A stretch of 64,000 bases of DNA from Bacteroidaceae bacterium (GTDB lineage: Bacteria > Bacteroidota > Bacteroidia > Bacteroidales > Bacteroidaceae): positions 8,331 to 72,330 of the forward strand of contig JAKSIO010000004.1 in assembly GCA_024398785.1 (NCBI GenBank), given 5' to 3'. Of this stretch, positions 9,262-18,253 are shown piece by piece; position 1 is the stretch's first letter; every line of letters starts with the position of its first letter. Under the pieces are notes generated by a model, which saw only the letters and a list, made by a program, of their open reading frames with translations, was not told the origin of the DNA and made no database searches. Both the position numbers and the translations under genes were made by a program.

Positions 9262-9687
9262 ATGTTTTCAATTAAAAGAATAAAACAGCTGTCTGTTTTT
9301 TTGGAAAATAAGGAAGGTGCAACAGCACAGGTTTTCAATATTCTTAAAGATGCCGGAATATCGGTAAGCGGTGCATCACTTTCCGATACGGCAGATTATG
9401 CGCTTATGCGTATGCTTGTTTCCGATTCGCAGAAAGCCCAGCAGGTATTGTTTGCAAACGGAATCAATTGTGTTGAATCTGTTGTTGTAGGATACAAATT
9501 GGATTCTCTTGAAGAGGTTACTGTAGTTCTTAATGAACTTGCAAGAAAGAAATTCAGTATAAACTACATGTATATAACCAGCCTTGGCAGTGGTAATGCA
9601 CATTATATGGTATTCCGTCTGTCAGATACCGACAAGTTCTTTGAACAGGCTGCGCGGGCTGAAATTGTTGTTGAAGATTTCAATTGA
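9262..9687 (+). CDS. ACT domain-containing (amino-acid-binding) protein
   Basis: 141 aa, with two ACT-like repeats (LSVFLENKEGATAQVFNILKDAGISV... and ...EVTVVLNELARKKFSINYMY...). This is the usual small partner gene after paaK in anaerobes. Confidence 0.55.
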   Translation: MFSIKRIKQLSVFLENKEGATAQVFNILKDAGISVSGASLSDTADYALMRMLVSDSQKAQQVLFANGINCVESVVVGYKLDSLEEVTVVLNELARKKFSINYMYITSLGSGNAHYMVFRLSDTDKFFEQAARAEIVVEDFN

Positions 9688-9696
9688 TATCATATT

Positions 9697-11247
9697 ATGA
9701 GACTTGCTATTCTTATTACAGTTCTTGTATTGTACTTTGCTCTCCTTATAGGTGTTGGTATGCACTATAAGAAGAAAACTACCGATGTCAACGGCTTTGT
9801 TCTTGGCGGCCGCAGTGTTGGCGCATGGCTTTCCGCATTCACATTCGGTACATCTTACTTTTCTGCAGTGATTTTTATTGGTTTTGCCGGCCAGTTCGGT
9901 TGGAAATATGGTGTTTCCGCCACATGGATCGGTATTGGCAATGCTGTTATCGGTTCATTGCTGGCATGGAAGATTCTTGGACGCCGTACGCGTCTTATGA
10001 GCCAGCAGCTGAATTCTGCAACCATGCCGCAGTTTTTCGGACGCCGTTTTGACAGCAATGCCCTTAAGGTTGTTGCCAGTGTGATAATATTTGTTTTCCT
10101 GATACCATATACCGCATCTTTGTACAACGGTCTGTCAAGATTGTTTACAATGGCGTTCGGTATTGACTATATTGTATGTATCATAGTCATGGCTGTTATT
10201 ACTGCAATTTATGTCACTGCGGGCGGATATAAGGCTGCTGCTACAAACGACTTTATCCAGGGTATGATCATGCTGGTGGGCATTGTAGCCGTTGTTGCTG
10301 CCGTCCTCAAGTCGAAAGGCGGTTTCCAGGAGTCTTTGAACGGTCTTGCCGCTGTGCGGGATGCTACCATAGAGAATGGAACCGTCCCCGGCATATTCGC
10401 CTCGTTCTTCGGACCTGCCCCGCTGGCTTTGATGTTTGTAGTCATTCTAACATCGCTTGGTACATGGGGACTGCCGCAGATGGTCCAGAAATTCTATGCT
10501 ATCAAAGATGAGAGTGCCATAAAGCGCGGAACTGTAATTTCAACCTTCTTTGCCATTATTGTTGCGGGCGGCAGTTATTTCCTTGGTGGATTCGGCCGTC
10601 TGTTCTCAGATAAGGTGGATGTTGCAAAGGACGGATATGACTGTATTGTTCCTACAATGCTTGAAGAACTTAGTCCGGTTCTGATTGCGCTTGTTGTAGT
10701 ATTGGTGCTTGCGGCAAGTATGAGTACGCTTTCATCGCTTGTCATGGCATCGTCTTCAACTCTTACAATTGACTTTCTTAAAGGTACATTCATGAAAAAT
10801 ATGAATGACCGCAAGCAGTTGTTCATTATCCGTATTCTGATTGTAGTGTTTGTGGTTATCTCTGCCGCTATCGCTATGGTTCAGTATAAGAGCAAGGTTA
10901 CTTTCATTGCCCAGCTTATGGGTATCAGCTGGGGTGCACTTGCAGGTGCTTTCCTTGCTCCGTTCCTTTATGCTTTGTACTGGAAGCGTACTACAAAAGC
11001 TGCCTGTTGGACAAGTTTCGCCATGGGTGTAGGTCTTATGCTTATTGTAATGCTGCACAAGACATGGCTGCCGGCTTTCATGCAGAACCCTATTGCCTGC
11101 GGTGCAATGACCATGCTGCTTGGCCTGGTGGTTGTTCCTGTTGTGAGCTGGTTCACTACACCGGTAAAGCAGGAACTTGTTGATAATGCGTTCAGCTGCT
11201 ATGAACAGAAAACCGTTGTTGAGCAGAAGACAGCATTAGGAGATTGA
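9697..11247 (+). CDS. sodium:solute symporter family transporter
   Basis: 516 aa polytopic membrane protein. GGRSVGAWLSAFTFGTSYFSAVIFIGFAG and the later helices match the SSF (PanF/PutP-like) pattern. Confidence 0.8.
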   Translation: MRLAILITVLVLYFALLIGVGMHYKKKTTDVNGFVLGGRSVGAWLSAFTFGTSYFSAVIFIGFAGQFGWKYGVSATWIGIGNAVIGSLLAWKILGRRTRLMSQQLNSATMPQFFGRRFDSNALKVVASVIIFVFLIPYTASLYNGLSRLFTMAFGIDYIVCIIVMAVITAIYVTAGGYKAAATNDFIQGMIMLVGIVAVVAAVLKSKGGFQESLNGLAAVRDATIENGTVPGIFASFFGPAPLALMFVVILTSLGTWGLPQMVQKFYAIKDESAIKRGTVISTFFAIIVAGGSYFLGGFGRLFSDKVDVAKDGYDCIVPTMLEELSPVLIALVVVLVLAASMSTLSSLVMASSSTLTIDFLKGTFMKNMNDRKQLFIIRILIVVFVVISAAIAMVQYKSKVTFIAQLMGISWGALAGAFLAPFLYALYWKRTTKAACWTSFAMGVGLMLIVMLHKTWLPAFMQNPIACGAMTMLLGLVVVPVVSWFTTPVKQELVDNAFSCYEQKTVVEQKTALGD

Positions 11248-11271
11248 CCTTTTCTCATATTAGACTGTAAT

Positions 11272-13020
11272 ATGGCAGTAAGGCAGTTCCAGATTTTATT
11301 GATTTCAGGATTATTCTCAGTTTCAATAACCTATGCGGCACAGAAAATAAGTTTTTCAATGCCGCACGGGTTGTACTCAGACCCCGTTGAAGTCAGCCTT
11401 TCTGCTGACAACCCGGTTGGTACTTCAATACATTACACAACTGACGGACGTGTTCCATGTCCGTCAGATTCTGTATATAACGGACCTGTTACAATCAATG
11501 AAACAACCATACTGAGGGCTGCAATATATGCGGATGGTATATCGGACGGCAATAATGCTGCGCCGGTATCTGATGTCGCTACAGCGTCTTACCTGTTTGT
11601 TTCAAGTATCCTTTCGCAATCTGAACACCCCCAAGGATATCCTTCCGTATGGGGACCGTTCATTTGTATTCCCGGAAACGCACCTGCCGATTACGGAATG
11701 GATCAGGAACTTCTGTCTGACAGTACTTTTTGTCTGCGTGCAAGCCAAGGGCTTTATCAGTTGCCCATTGTCTCTGTTGTGACGGATCCCGACTGTCTGT
11801 TCAGTCATGATATGGATGAGCAGAAGGGCGGAATATACATATACACCGGGTCTGAAAAGAGTGATGGTTACGGACGCGGATGGGAGAGACCCGCTTCAAT
11901 TGAAATTTTTGGCACCTTGTCGGACTCTGATGTTCAGGCCGATTGCGGAATCAGAATTCATGGCGGATGCAGCCGGGTTCCGGAAAAGAATCCAAAACAT
12001 AGTTTCAGAATTGTTTTCCGCAGTGAATACGGACCGGGTAAAGTGCAGATGCAATTGTTTGGCAATGAAACCATGCAACCGTACAACAGTCTTGTTCTGC
12101 GCACATTTTCAAACAATTCATGGCAGCATTTCAAACCAAATCGCGGGAAAGCACAGTATATGCGTGAAATGTGGGCGCGTGAAACCCAACGGCAAATGGG
12201 ACACGGATATATCCGGGCACAGTATGTCCATCTGTTTCTTAACGGTATGTACTGGGGAATGTATCTCCTTTCTGAAAGACCGGATGACAAGTGGTGCAGC
12301 AGTGTTTTTGGAGGTAAATCCCAAGATTACGACATATATAAGGACGGTATACTTTTCAAAGGATCTGACGACCGTTGGAATACTATGGTGGCAACCGTTG
12401 ACAGTATAAGGCGGTATTCACTGTTGGGACTCCGAAAAAAATCTGACAGGATTCTGGACAGGCTGGAACTGTTGTTGGATGTAGACAGTTTCATAGACTA
12501 CATGCTATTGAACTTTTATGCCGGAAATACTGATTGGGACACTAATTGGGCCGCTTATGCCAACCGCAAGGAAAAATCAGGCTTCAGGTTTCTCTGTTGG
12601 GATTCGGAATTGGTTTTCGGATCTATGGGAACTGTCAGTATATTGTCAAGAGGCGGTGTCCATAGACAGATATTCCACAAACTGATGTATAATCGGACTT
12701 TCCGTAAACGCTTCAAGGAACGGGTATACCTGAATTGTTACAACAACGGACCTCTTACTCCGGAAAGTGTAATGCGTACTTGGAATGAGCTTTACAGCAG
12801 AATTAACCTTGCATTGTACACAGAATCAGCCCGTTGGGGCGACTACCGCCGTGACGTCCATCCGTATGTGGAAAATACGGACCAGTTGTACACTCCAGAC
12901 AATCAGTTCGCAGCTGAATATTCCAGGCTTATGGATGAATATTTCCCGCATCGTACTGAAAAATTGATAAAACAGTTACGTCTGTTGGGCATTTTCTGTA
13001 AACGCAGTTATTCTAAATAA
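11272..13020 (+). CDS. secreted CotH kinase-family protein with an N-terminal chitobiase/hexosaminidase-C-like domain
   Basis: Signal peptide present. IHYTTDGRVP....YNGPVTINETTILRAAIY matches the CHB_HEX_C-like domain. HGGCSRVPEKNPKHSFRIVFR....YVHLFLNGMYWGMYLLSERPDDKW matches the CotH core. Confidence 0.7.
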   Translation: MAVRQFQILLISGLFSVSITYAAQKISFSMPHGLYSDPVEVSLSADNPVGTSIHYTTDGRVPCPSDSVYNGPVTINETTILRAAIYADGISDGNNAAPVSDVATASYLFVSSILSQSEHPQGYPSVWGPFICIPGNAPADYGMDQELLSDSTFCLRASQGLYQLPIVSVVTDPDCLFSHDMDEQKGGIYIYTGSEKSDGYGRGWERPASIEIFGTLSDSDVQADCGIRIHGGCSRVPEKNPKHSFRIVFRSEYGPGKVQMQLFGNETMQPYNSLVLRTFSNNSWQHFKPNRGKAQYMREMWARETQRQMGHGYIRAQYVHLFLNGMYWGMYLLSERPDDKWCSSVFGGKSQDYDIYKDGILFKGSDDRWNTMVATVDSIRRYSLLGLRKKSDRILDRLELLLDVDSFIDYMLLNFYAGNTDWDTNWAAYANRKEKSGFRFLCWDSELVFGSMGTVSILSRGGVHRQIFHKLMYNRTFRKRFKERVYLNCYNNGPLTPESVMRTWNELYSRINLALYTESARWGDYRRDVHPYVENTDQLYTPDNQFAAEYSRLMDEYFPHRTEKLIKQLRLLGIFCKRSYSK

Positions 13021-13050
13021 ATTATTGGAGATATAAAAAAACTGTCAGTT

Positions 13051-14343
13051 ATGGATTTGAAAGGTATTTTAGGTTTTGACTCTGCTACCATGAACCTTAA
13101 AAAAGAGGTTGTAGGCGGTGTTACCACATTCCTTACAATGGCGTATATTCTGGCCGTCAATCCGTTGATTCTGGCCGATGCCGGCATGGATCAGGGTGCG
13201 GTTTTTACCGCAACGGCGCTGGCATCGATTATTGCCACGCTGTTGATGGCCTTTCTTGCAAAACTGCCGTTTGCTCTTGCTCCAGCAATGGGACTTAACG
13301 CCTTTTTTGCATATACGGTTGTAATTGGTATGGGACAGACATGGCAGTTTGCGCTGACTGCTGTCCTCATAGAAGGTCTTCTCTTTATACTGCTTACACT
13401 TACCGGACTCAGAAATCTGATTGTGATGTCCATACCGCTTGAGATGCGGCGGGCCATTTCTGCCGGAATAGGACTGTTCATTGCTTATATAGGTCTCAGT
13501 AATGCAAATATCATAACATCGGGTAACGGAACGTTGCTTGCGCTGGGCAATTTTACCAGTCCGTCCGTTCTGCTGTCTCTTGCAGGAATTGTTCTGTGTG
13601 CCGTTCTTCTGGTACGCAAGGTTACAGGTGCGCTTATGATAGGAATTATGGTAATCTCTCTTGCAGGGATTCCGCTTGGCGTTACCCATTTGAACGGTAT
13701 AGTAAACACTCCTCCCAGTCTTGCACCCACGTTCTGTAAGTTCGAATGGTCAAGCATTCTGTCCGGCAATATGTTCATCAGTGTGTTTACACTGTTGTTC
13801 TTTGATATGTTTGATACTATAGGAACGCTGATAGGTGTGAGCAGTCAGGCTGGTATGTTGGATAAAGACGGCAATGTGCCGCGCATGAAGCAGGCTTTTC
13901 TTGCCGATGCCGTAGGTACAACTGTAGGAGCGGTTCTGGGCACTTCTACAGTGAGTTCCTTTGTTGAAAGCGCATCGGGAGTGAATGCCGGTGGGAAGAG
14001 CGGTTTGACATCGGTTTTTACAGCATTGTGTTTTCTGCTGGCCATGTTTTTCGCTCCGCTTTTCCTTGCCATTCCGTCAGAGGCTACTGCTCCGGTACTG
14101 GTTATTGTGGGTGTTATGATGATGGCCGAGGCCGGAAAAATTGACTATGGTCATTATCTTACGTCTATTCCGGCATTTGTATGTATGGTTATGATGCCTT
14201 TGTCAGGCAGCATATCGGACGGCCTGATGATGGGCGTTATAGCCTATGTGCTTATTCACATTTTCTCCGGCAACTGGCGCAATGTGAACATTGGTGCATA
14301 CGTTCTTGCCGCTCTTTTCATCCTTAAATACGCATTCCTGTAA
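13051..14343 (+). CDS. NCS2/AzgA-family purine (adenine/guanine/hypoxanthine) permease
   Basis: 430 aa polytopic protein. EVVGGVTTFLTMAYILAVNP and the later FVESASGV.AGG blocks are typical of AzgA-type permeases. Confidence 0.85.
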   Translation: MDLKGILGFDSATMNLKKEVVGGVTTFLTMAYILAVNPLILADAGMDQGAVFTATALASIIATLLMAFLAKLPFALAPAMGLNAFFAYTVVIGMGQTWQFALTAVLIEGLLFILLTLTGLRNLIVMSIPLEMRRAISAGIGLFIAYIGLSNANIITSGNGTLLALGNFTSPSVLLSLAGIVLCAVLLVRKVTGALMIGIMVISLAGIPLGVTHLNGIVNTPPSLAPTFCKFEWSSILSGNMFISVFTLLFFDMFDTIGTLIGVSSQAGMLDKDGNVPRMKQAFLADAVGTTVGAVLGTSTVSSFVESASGVNAGGKSGLTSVFTALCFLLAMFFAPLFLAIPSEATAPVLVIVGVMMMAEAGKIDYGHYLTSIPAFVCMVMMPLSGSISDGLMMGVIAYVLIHIFSGNWRNVNIGAYVLAALFILKYAFL

Positions 14344-14383
14344 TTTTTCAGATGCCCAATGACATAAGTCACGTGTGTATTTC

Positions 14384-14461
14384 GATATATGCATATCGGG
14401 CGCTTGCTTCGCCTCCCGTTCACCTCAGAACGGGTACTGATGGCCCTCTATCGCATATATC
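14384..14461. repeat. nested inverted-repeat element (possible structured RNA/terminator)
   Basis: Outer arms gatatatgc (14384-14392) / gcatatatc (14453-14461). Inner hairpin cccgttc (14415-14421) / gaacggg (14428-14434). An additional gggc/gccc pairing lies between them. Confidence 0.4.
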
Positions 14462-14705
14462 CAAATACAAATACAGCCTGCAATAAAGCTGATTGAGAAT
14501 GTTCTTTATACATATATAGAGAATAGTGTGCAAAAAACTCAAGAGTTTTGTACTATAAAAAGTACTGTTTTCAATGAATTATTGATGACTATTTCAAAAT
14601 TCTATATGCAAATAAAAATAGTAAAATTTGTATAATTTTTTGATCTATTGAAAATAATTATTTATTATTGTAAAAAAATCATGTTGTAGATTATATTGAT
14701 GAAAG

Positions 14706-15269
14706 GTGAAAACTATTTATCTTCAATTATTTCTCTTTGTATTATTTTGTAGTTTGTTGTCCTCTTGTATAAGTAATAAAAAGAGGATTGTATCAGAGAT
14801 TACAAGTCTTTATGGCAGAACGATAGATTTTCCTGCAATTTTGGATTGTGTTACGCAGGATTCCGTTATTTATTGTGCTCAAATTGATAGTTTGGTTGAT
14901 TTTTCAAGAACAACTATAGTGACATATCTTGACAGTTCCAATTGTAAAAAGTGTGCTTTGACAATATTGGAATACTGGCATAACGTTTTGCTTAACAATG
15001 ATATTTTTGATAAAACAAATTTTATTGTAGTGGTTCATTCAACAAATCCGAATATTTTACGAACAATTTATAAAGAGTTAGATCTTCCTTATAAACTATT
15101 TGTAGATCAGTTGGATACATTTATGTTAATAAATGAAATTAGCGATTGTCTTGAGCAAAACAGAACCTTTTTGATTGATGCGGAACGTAAAGTGCATCTT
15201 GTTGGCACTCCATTAAGAAACAAATCTCTAATTGAATTGTATAAAAAAGAAATTGAGGCCTCAATGTAA
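14706..15269 (+). CDS. thioredoxin-fold (TlpA-like) lipoprotein with a CKKC redox motif
   Basis: GTG start immediately after an in-frame TGA. Lipobox LLSS-C. IVTYLDSSNCKKCALTILEYW is a CxxC motif in the position seen in Bacteroidales thioredoxin-like lipoproteins. Low-GC gene. Confidence 0.55.
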   Translation: MKTIYLQLFLFVLFCSLLSSCISNKKRIVSEITSLYGRTIDFPAILDCVTQDSVIYCAQIDSLVDFSRTTIVTYLDSSNCKKCALTILEYWHNVLLNNDIFDKTNFIVVVHSTNPNILRTIYKELDLPYKLFVDQLDTFMLINEISDCLEQNRTFLIDAERKVHLVGTPLRNKSLIELYKKEIEASM

Positions 15270-15300
15270 ATATTTTATTGTTAACTAAAAATGATGATTT

Positions 15301-15768
15301 ATGAGCAAAAAAATTTTATCAAAACAAAAACTATTATTGATTGCAATAATTGCAATTGTTGCGAGTGTAGGTTTAGGTGTTAAGTCTTATTGTTTTACTA
15401 ATAAATTAATGGTTTGTGGACTTTTGGAAGCAAATATAAAAGCTGCTACTGAAGACGTTGATACGTGGACGCCAATTCGTTTTCATGACAATAATACTAG
15501 TTGGCCTGTTTATCCTAATACAAAACCTAAGTTTAAAACCAAAAGAAGTATTGAAATCTCAGGTGAGTGGTCTGCTGCTTCAAATATTGCAAATGGCACT
15601 ATAAAGTTTTGTCCTGTTGCAACTTTTTGTTATTGTAAACATAATAGAAGAAGTTATGAATGTGATACCTATTACAATGGGTGGTATGATCACAAGGCGT
15701 CCAGTTCTGATCTTGGCAATCAGTCAGGCTTAGAAGAAGGTGATGAAAATGAAAGTGTTAATGATTGA
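15301..15768 (+). CDS. small membrane-anchored/secreted Cys-rich protein with a degenerate NVEALA-like motif
   Basis: Basic N-terminus plus a hydrophobic helix (LLLIAIIAIVASVGLGV). GLLEANIKAATED resembles the L-x-L-x-NVEALA-x-x-E motif of the NVEALA family. The C-terminal part has 4 Cys (KFCPVATFCYCKHNRRSYEC) and an acidic tail. Confidence 0.45.
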   Translation: MSKKILSKQKLLLIAIIAIVASVGLGVKSYCFTNKLMVCGLLEANIKAATEDVDTWTPIRFHDNNTSWPVYPNTKPKFKTKRSIEISGEWSAASNIANGTIKFCPVATFCYCKHNRRSYECDTYYNGWYDHKASSSDLGNQSGLEEGDENESVND

Positions 15769-16967
15769 TTTTGATTTGTATGACTAAATTTCAGTGTGTG
15801 TTTGTTGTTCTGGTGTTGTTGTACTCATGCAGGCAGAGTGTTATTGTGGACAATAATGCTATTACAATGATAAATACAGAAATTGAGCCGGATGACAGTA
15901 CATTCATTAATAATATTGAGTCTATCTCAGTTCTCCCATTGGAGAGAACTGAGAATAGTACTCGTCTGATTTGCCCTTTGTTTCTGAAAATGGGCAGAAA
16001 TTTCGCCTTGTTTGATCTGGAGGAGTGTTATTTGCAGACAAATTTTGAAGATTGCAGTTTGGCATCGTCACGTGTTCTAAAGGGAAGAGGGCATGGAGAG
16101 TTTTTGTATCCCGGTTCCGCTTATACAATGGGTGACAGTCTGATATATATTTATGATAGTTCGTCAAAAGGCTATGTCTATAATCTCTATGGTGAATTAA
16201 AGGAATCTTTTGACTGGTATGACGGCAATGAAGATTTTGATGAACTTTATAAGCAGGGGGATTATTTAATTGCCATTTCTTTGAACGGTGATTATTCTGA
16301 GCATCCAAAGAATCATTTTCACTCATACAATTTATTGGACAGCAAGCATGGCAGTGCGTATCATATTTCCAATTTATCGCCTTGGCATGCTTCCAAGGAG
16401 CAAGGTTCATATAATTATATGTTTGGAGATTCGTTGAGAATTATTATGCCGTATGACTTTTCAATTTATGCATTTGATAACGGTTCCTTTGTAAAAAGAT
16501 TCTCAATGGTTAATTCAAATCAGATTCCGCCCAAGTATTTCAAGAATATTAAAGGTTCGGCATATGATATTTATGTATGTGGTTTGGATGGCAGATTTTA
16601 TGAGGGCTTGGGTGAAGTGGCTGAAACGCAACGTTACTTGTTTTTCAATTATTCCTATACTACTGATTTTACCGGTTTCTATCTGTATGACAAGATAAAC
16701 AATACCTTGACGGAATTGTCAAGAAACAGTGACCCCAAAAAGAACCTTGCTGAAAGTATTCTGTTTTACTTTTCATATTTCTGTTCTGCTGACAGCAATA
16801 GCATATATGGCTATTTGCGCAGTAGGTTTGTTGATGAAATGGAAAAAGGAAAGAATGCGGACAGTAAGCATATCCGCCAGTTTATAAAAGATGCGAAAGA
16901 ATATATTGGCAAATATCGTCTTGATGAAACCGATCTGGTGTTTTATAAGATTCAATTAAAGGATTAA
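15765..16967 (+). CDS. 6-bladed beta-propeller lipoprotein (BF3164-like family)
   Basis: ATGA overlap with the previous gene. Lipobox LLYS-C. The KGRGHGEF motif, the repeated Y/F-rich blades and the ~400 aa size match the Bacteroidales propeller lipoprotein family that co-occurs with NVEALA genes. Confidence 0.55.
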   Translation: MILICMTKFQCVFVVLVLLYSCRQSVIVDNNAITMINTEIEPDDSTFINNIESISVLPLERTENSTRLICPLFLKMGRNFALFDLEECYLQTNFEDCSLASSRVLKGRGHGEFLYPGSAYTMGDSLIYIYDSSSKGYVYNLYGELKESFDWYDGNEDFDELYKQGDYLIAISLNGDYSEHPKNHFHSYNLLDSKHGSAYHISNLSPWHASKEQGSYNYMFGDSLRIIMPYDFSIYAFDNGSFVKRFSMVNSNQIPPKYFKNIKGSAYDIYVCGLDGRFYEGLGEVAETQRYLFFNYSYTTDFTGFYLYDKINNTLTELSRNSDPKKNLAESILFYFSYFCSADSNSIYGYLRSRFVDEMEKGKNADSKHIRQFIKDAKEYIGKYRLDETDLVFYKIQLKD

Positions 16968-16970
16968 GTT

Positions 16971-18245
16971 ATGGTAGAGACCATGAAAAAATGGTGTTGT
17001 CTGGCTGTAATGCTGCCGGTTATTGCAGGAAACTCTTTGGCATCAGGAAAACGTGTGCAACGGGATTCTGTCATCATGGAGTCTGTTGTTTTGGAACAGA
17101 TAGACATTTGTGATTTTTCGCTTGCAACTCTAATAAGGCGCACAATGTCCAATTTACCGCAAAAACATTATGATTTGCCGTCTTTCCTATATGGGAATGG
17201 ACAACTGACTCAGATAGTCAGGCGTAATGGCATCCCAATACAATTGAGCCGTCAATACGGATGGTATGTGACACCTGATTGTGCATTCAGATCAAAGGAA
17301 CTGAATGCTATGCTGACCATGGGTATTGAGTTTTTCCCGGTCTATAACGCCCGCAGTTTGGCGTATGAGAAACCGGGTGTGCTGTTAAGTGATTTTTCAA
17401 CTGCACATAATTATACATTCCAGTACTTGTATCTGCTAACCCATTATATGCCGTTGTTCTGTCCAAGCAAAGATTATGAATACCATATATTGGATCAGAA
17501 CGGTTATTTATACACAATATCTTTTGTTTCATCAAAGCGTTATCCCAAGAAAAATCCTTTGTATGCAACAGGCACAATGGTAATTGATGCTGAAAGTATG
17601 CGATTGGTGTCAATGACAATAGATAGGATGGAGTGTGTTTTAGCGTGGGATTGGGAAAGTTCCAGGTTGGTAAAGCAATCTGCAGAATTGCAAAGGTATA
17701 TTGACAAAGTCCAGCATACAAAAGAATCTGCATATCTGCATTTTGCAGATAACGGTCAGGTTGATGAGTGTATGCTTGATATCGAGTGGGATAATAAAAA
17801 ACGTTATGCTGACCATCCGTTATTGATCCGTCCTTTTGAAAAGGATTCTATTTTGTCTGTAACGGAATTCTGGAAGGCAGAGAGCTGCTCTATGATGAAA
17901 TTTAAAGATTATTATTCTATAATCGGGTTTGAATTTGATCCGTTCAGTCCGCATGCAGGGTATCAGAATTTTGTTGCTGCATGGTACGCTCCGTTGAAAA
18001 GCGTGTATGATAAAGAAAAGATTGATAATGTTGATTGGTATGGTGATTATTCCGTTGTTGAAAAGGAAATCAGCAATTACCGTCCTATAGAAGAACAATA
18101 TGAGTTGATGAGTGATTATGACTGTAAAAGGCAACAGGAACGTGATTCAATGCTTGAAAACAGTCTAAATTTCAAATATGTTCCCATTGCTATGTCAGAA
18201 GAAATGTATTCCAATATCAGGCAGTCAATGTTCGTGGAACCGTAG
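16971..18245 (+). CDS. secreted protein of unknown function
   Basis: Starts 3 nt after the previous stop. Signal peptide MKKWCCLAVMLPVIAGNSLA-SG; the start could be 16971 or 16983. No motif recognised. Confidence 0.5.
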   Translation: MVETMKKWCCLAVMLPVIAGNSLASGKRVQRDSVIMESVVLEQIDICDFSLATLIRRTMSNLPQKHYDLPSFLYGNGQLTQIVRRNGIPIQLSRQYGWYVTPDCAFRSKELNAMLTMGIEFFPVYNARSLAYEKPGVLLSDFSTAHNYTFQYLYLLTHYMPLFCPSKDYEYHILDQNGYLYTISFVSSKRYPKKNPLYATGTMVIDAESMRLVSMTIDRMECVLAWDWESSRLVKQSAELQRYIDKVQHTKESAYLHFADNGQVDECMLDIEWDNKKRYADHPLLIRPFEKDSILSVTEFWKAESCSMMKFKDYYSIIGFEFDPFSPHAGYQNFVAAWYAPLKSVYDKEKIDNVDWYGDYSVVEKEISNYRPIEEQYELMSDYDCKRQQERDSMLENSLNFKYVPIAMSEEMYSNIRQSMFVEP

Positions 18246-18253
18246 CGGCGGCA

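Noticed and set aside
14352-14486. 44-codon ORF (MPNDISHVCISIYAYRALASPP...) spanning the nested inverted repeat after the permease gene.
   Set aside because: There is no promoter motif in front and the composition is unremarkable. The sequence is better explained by the inverted-repeat structure. It cannot be supported as coding without conservation data.
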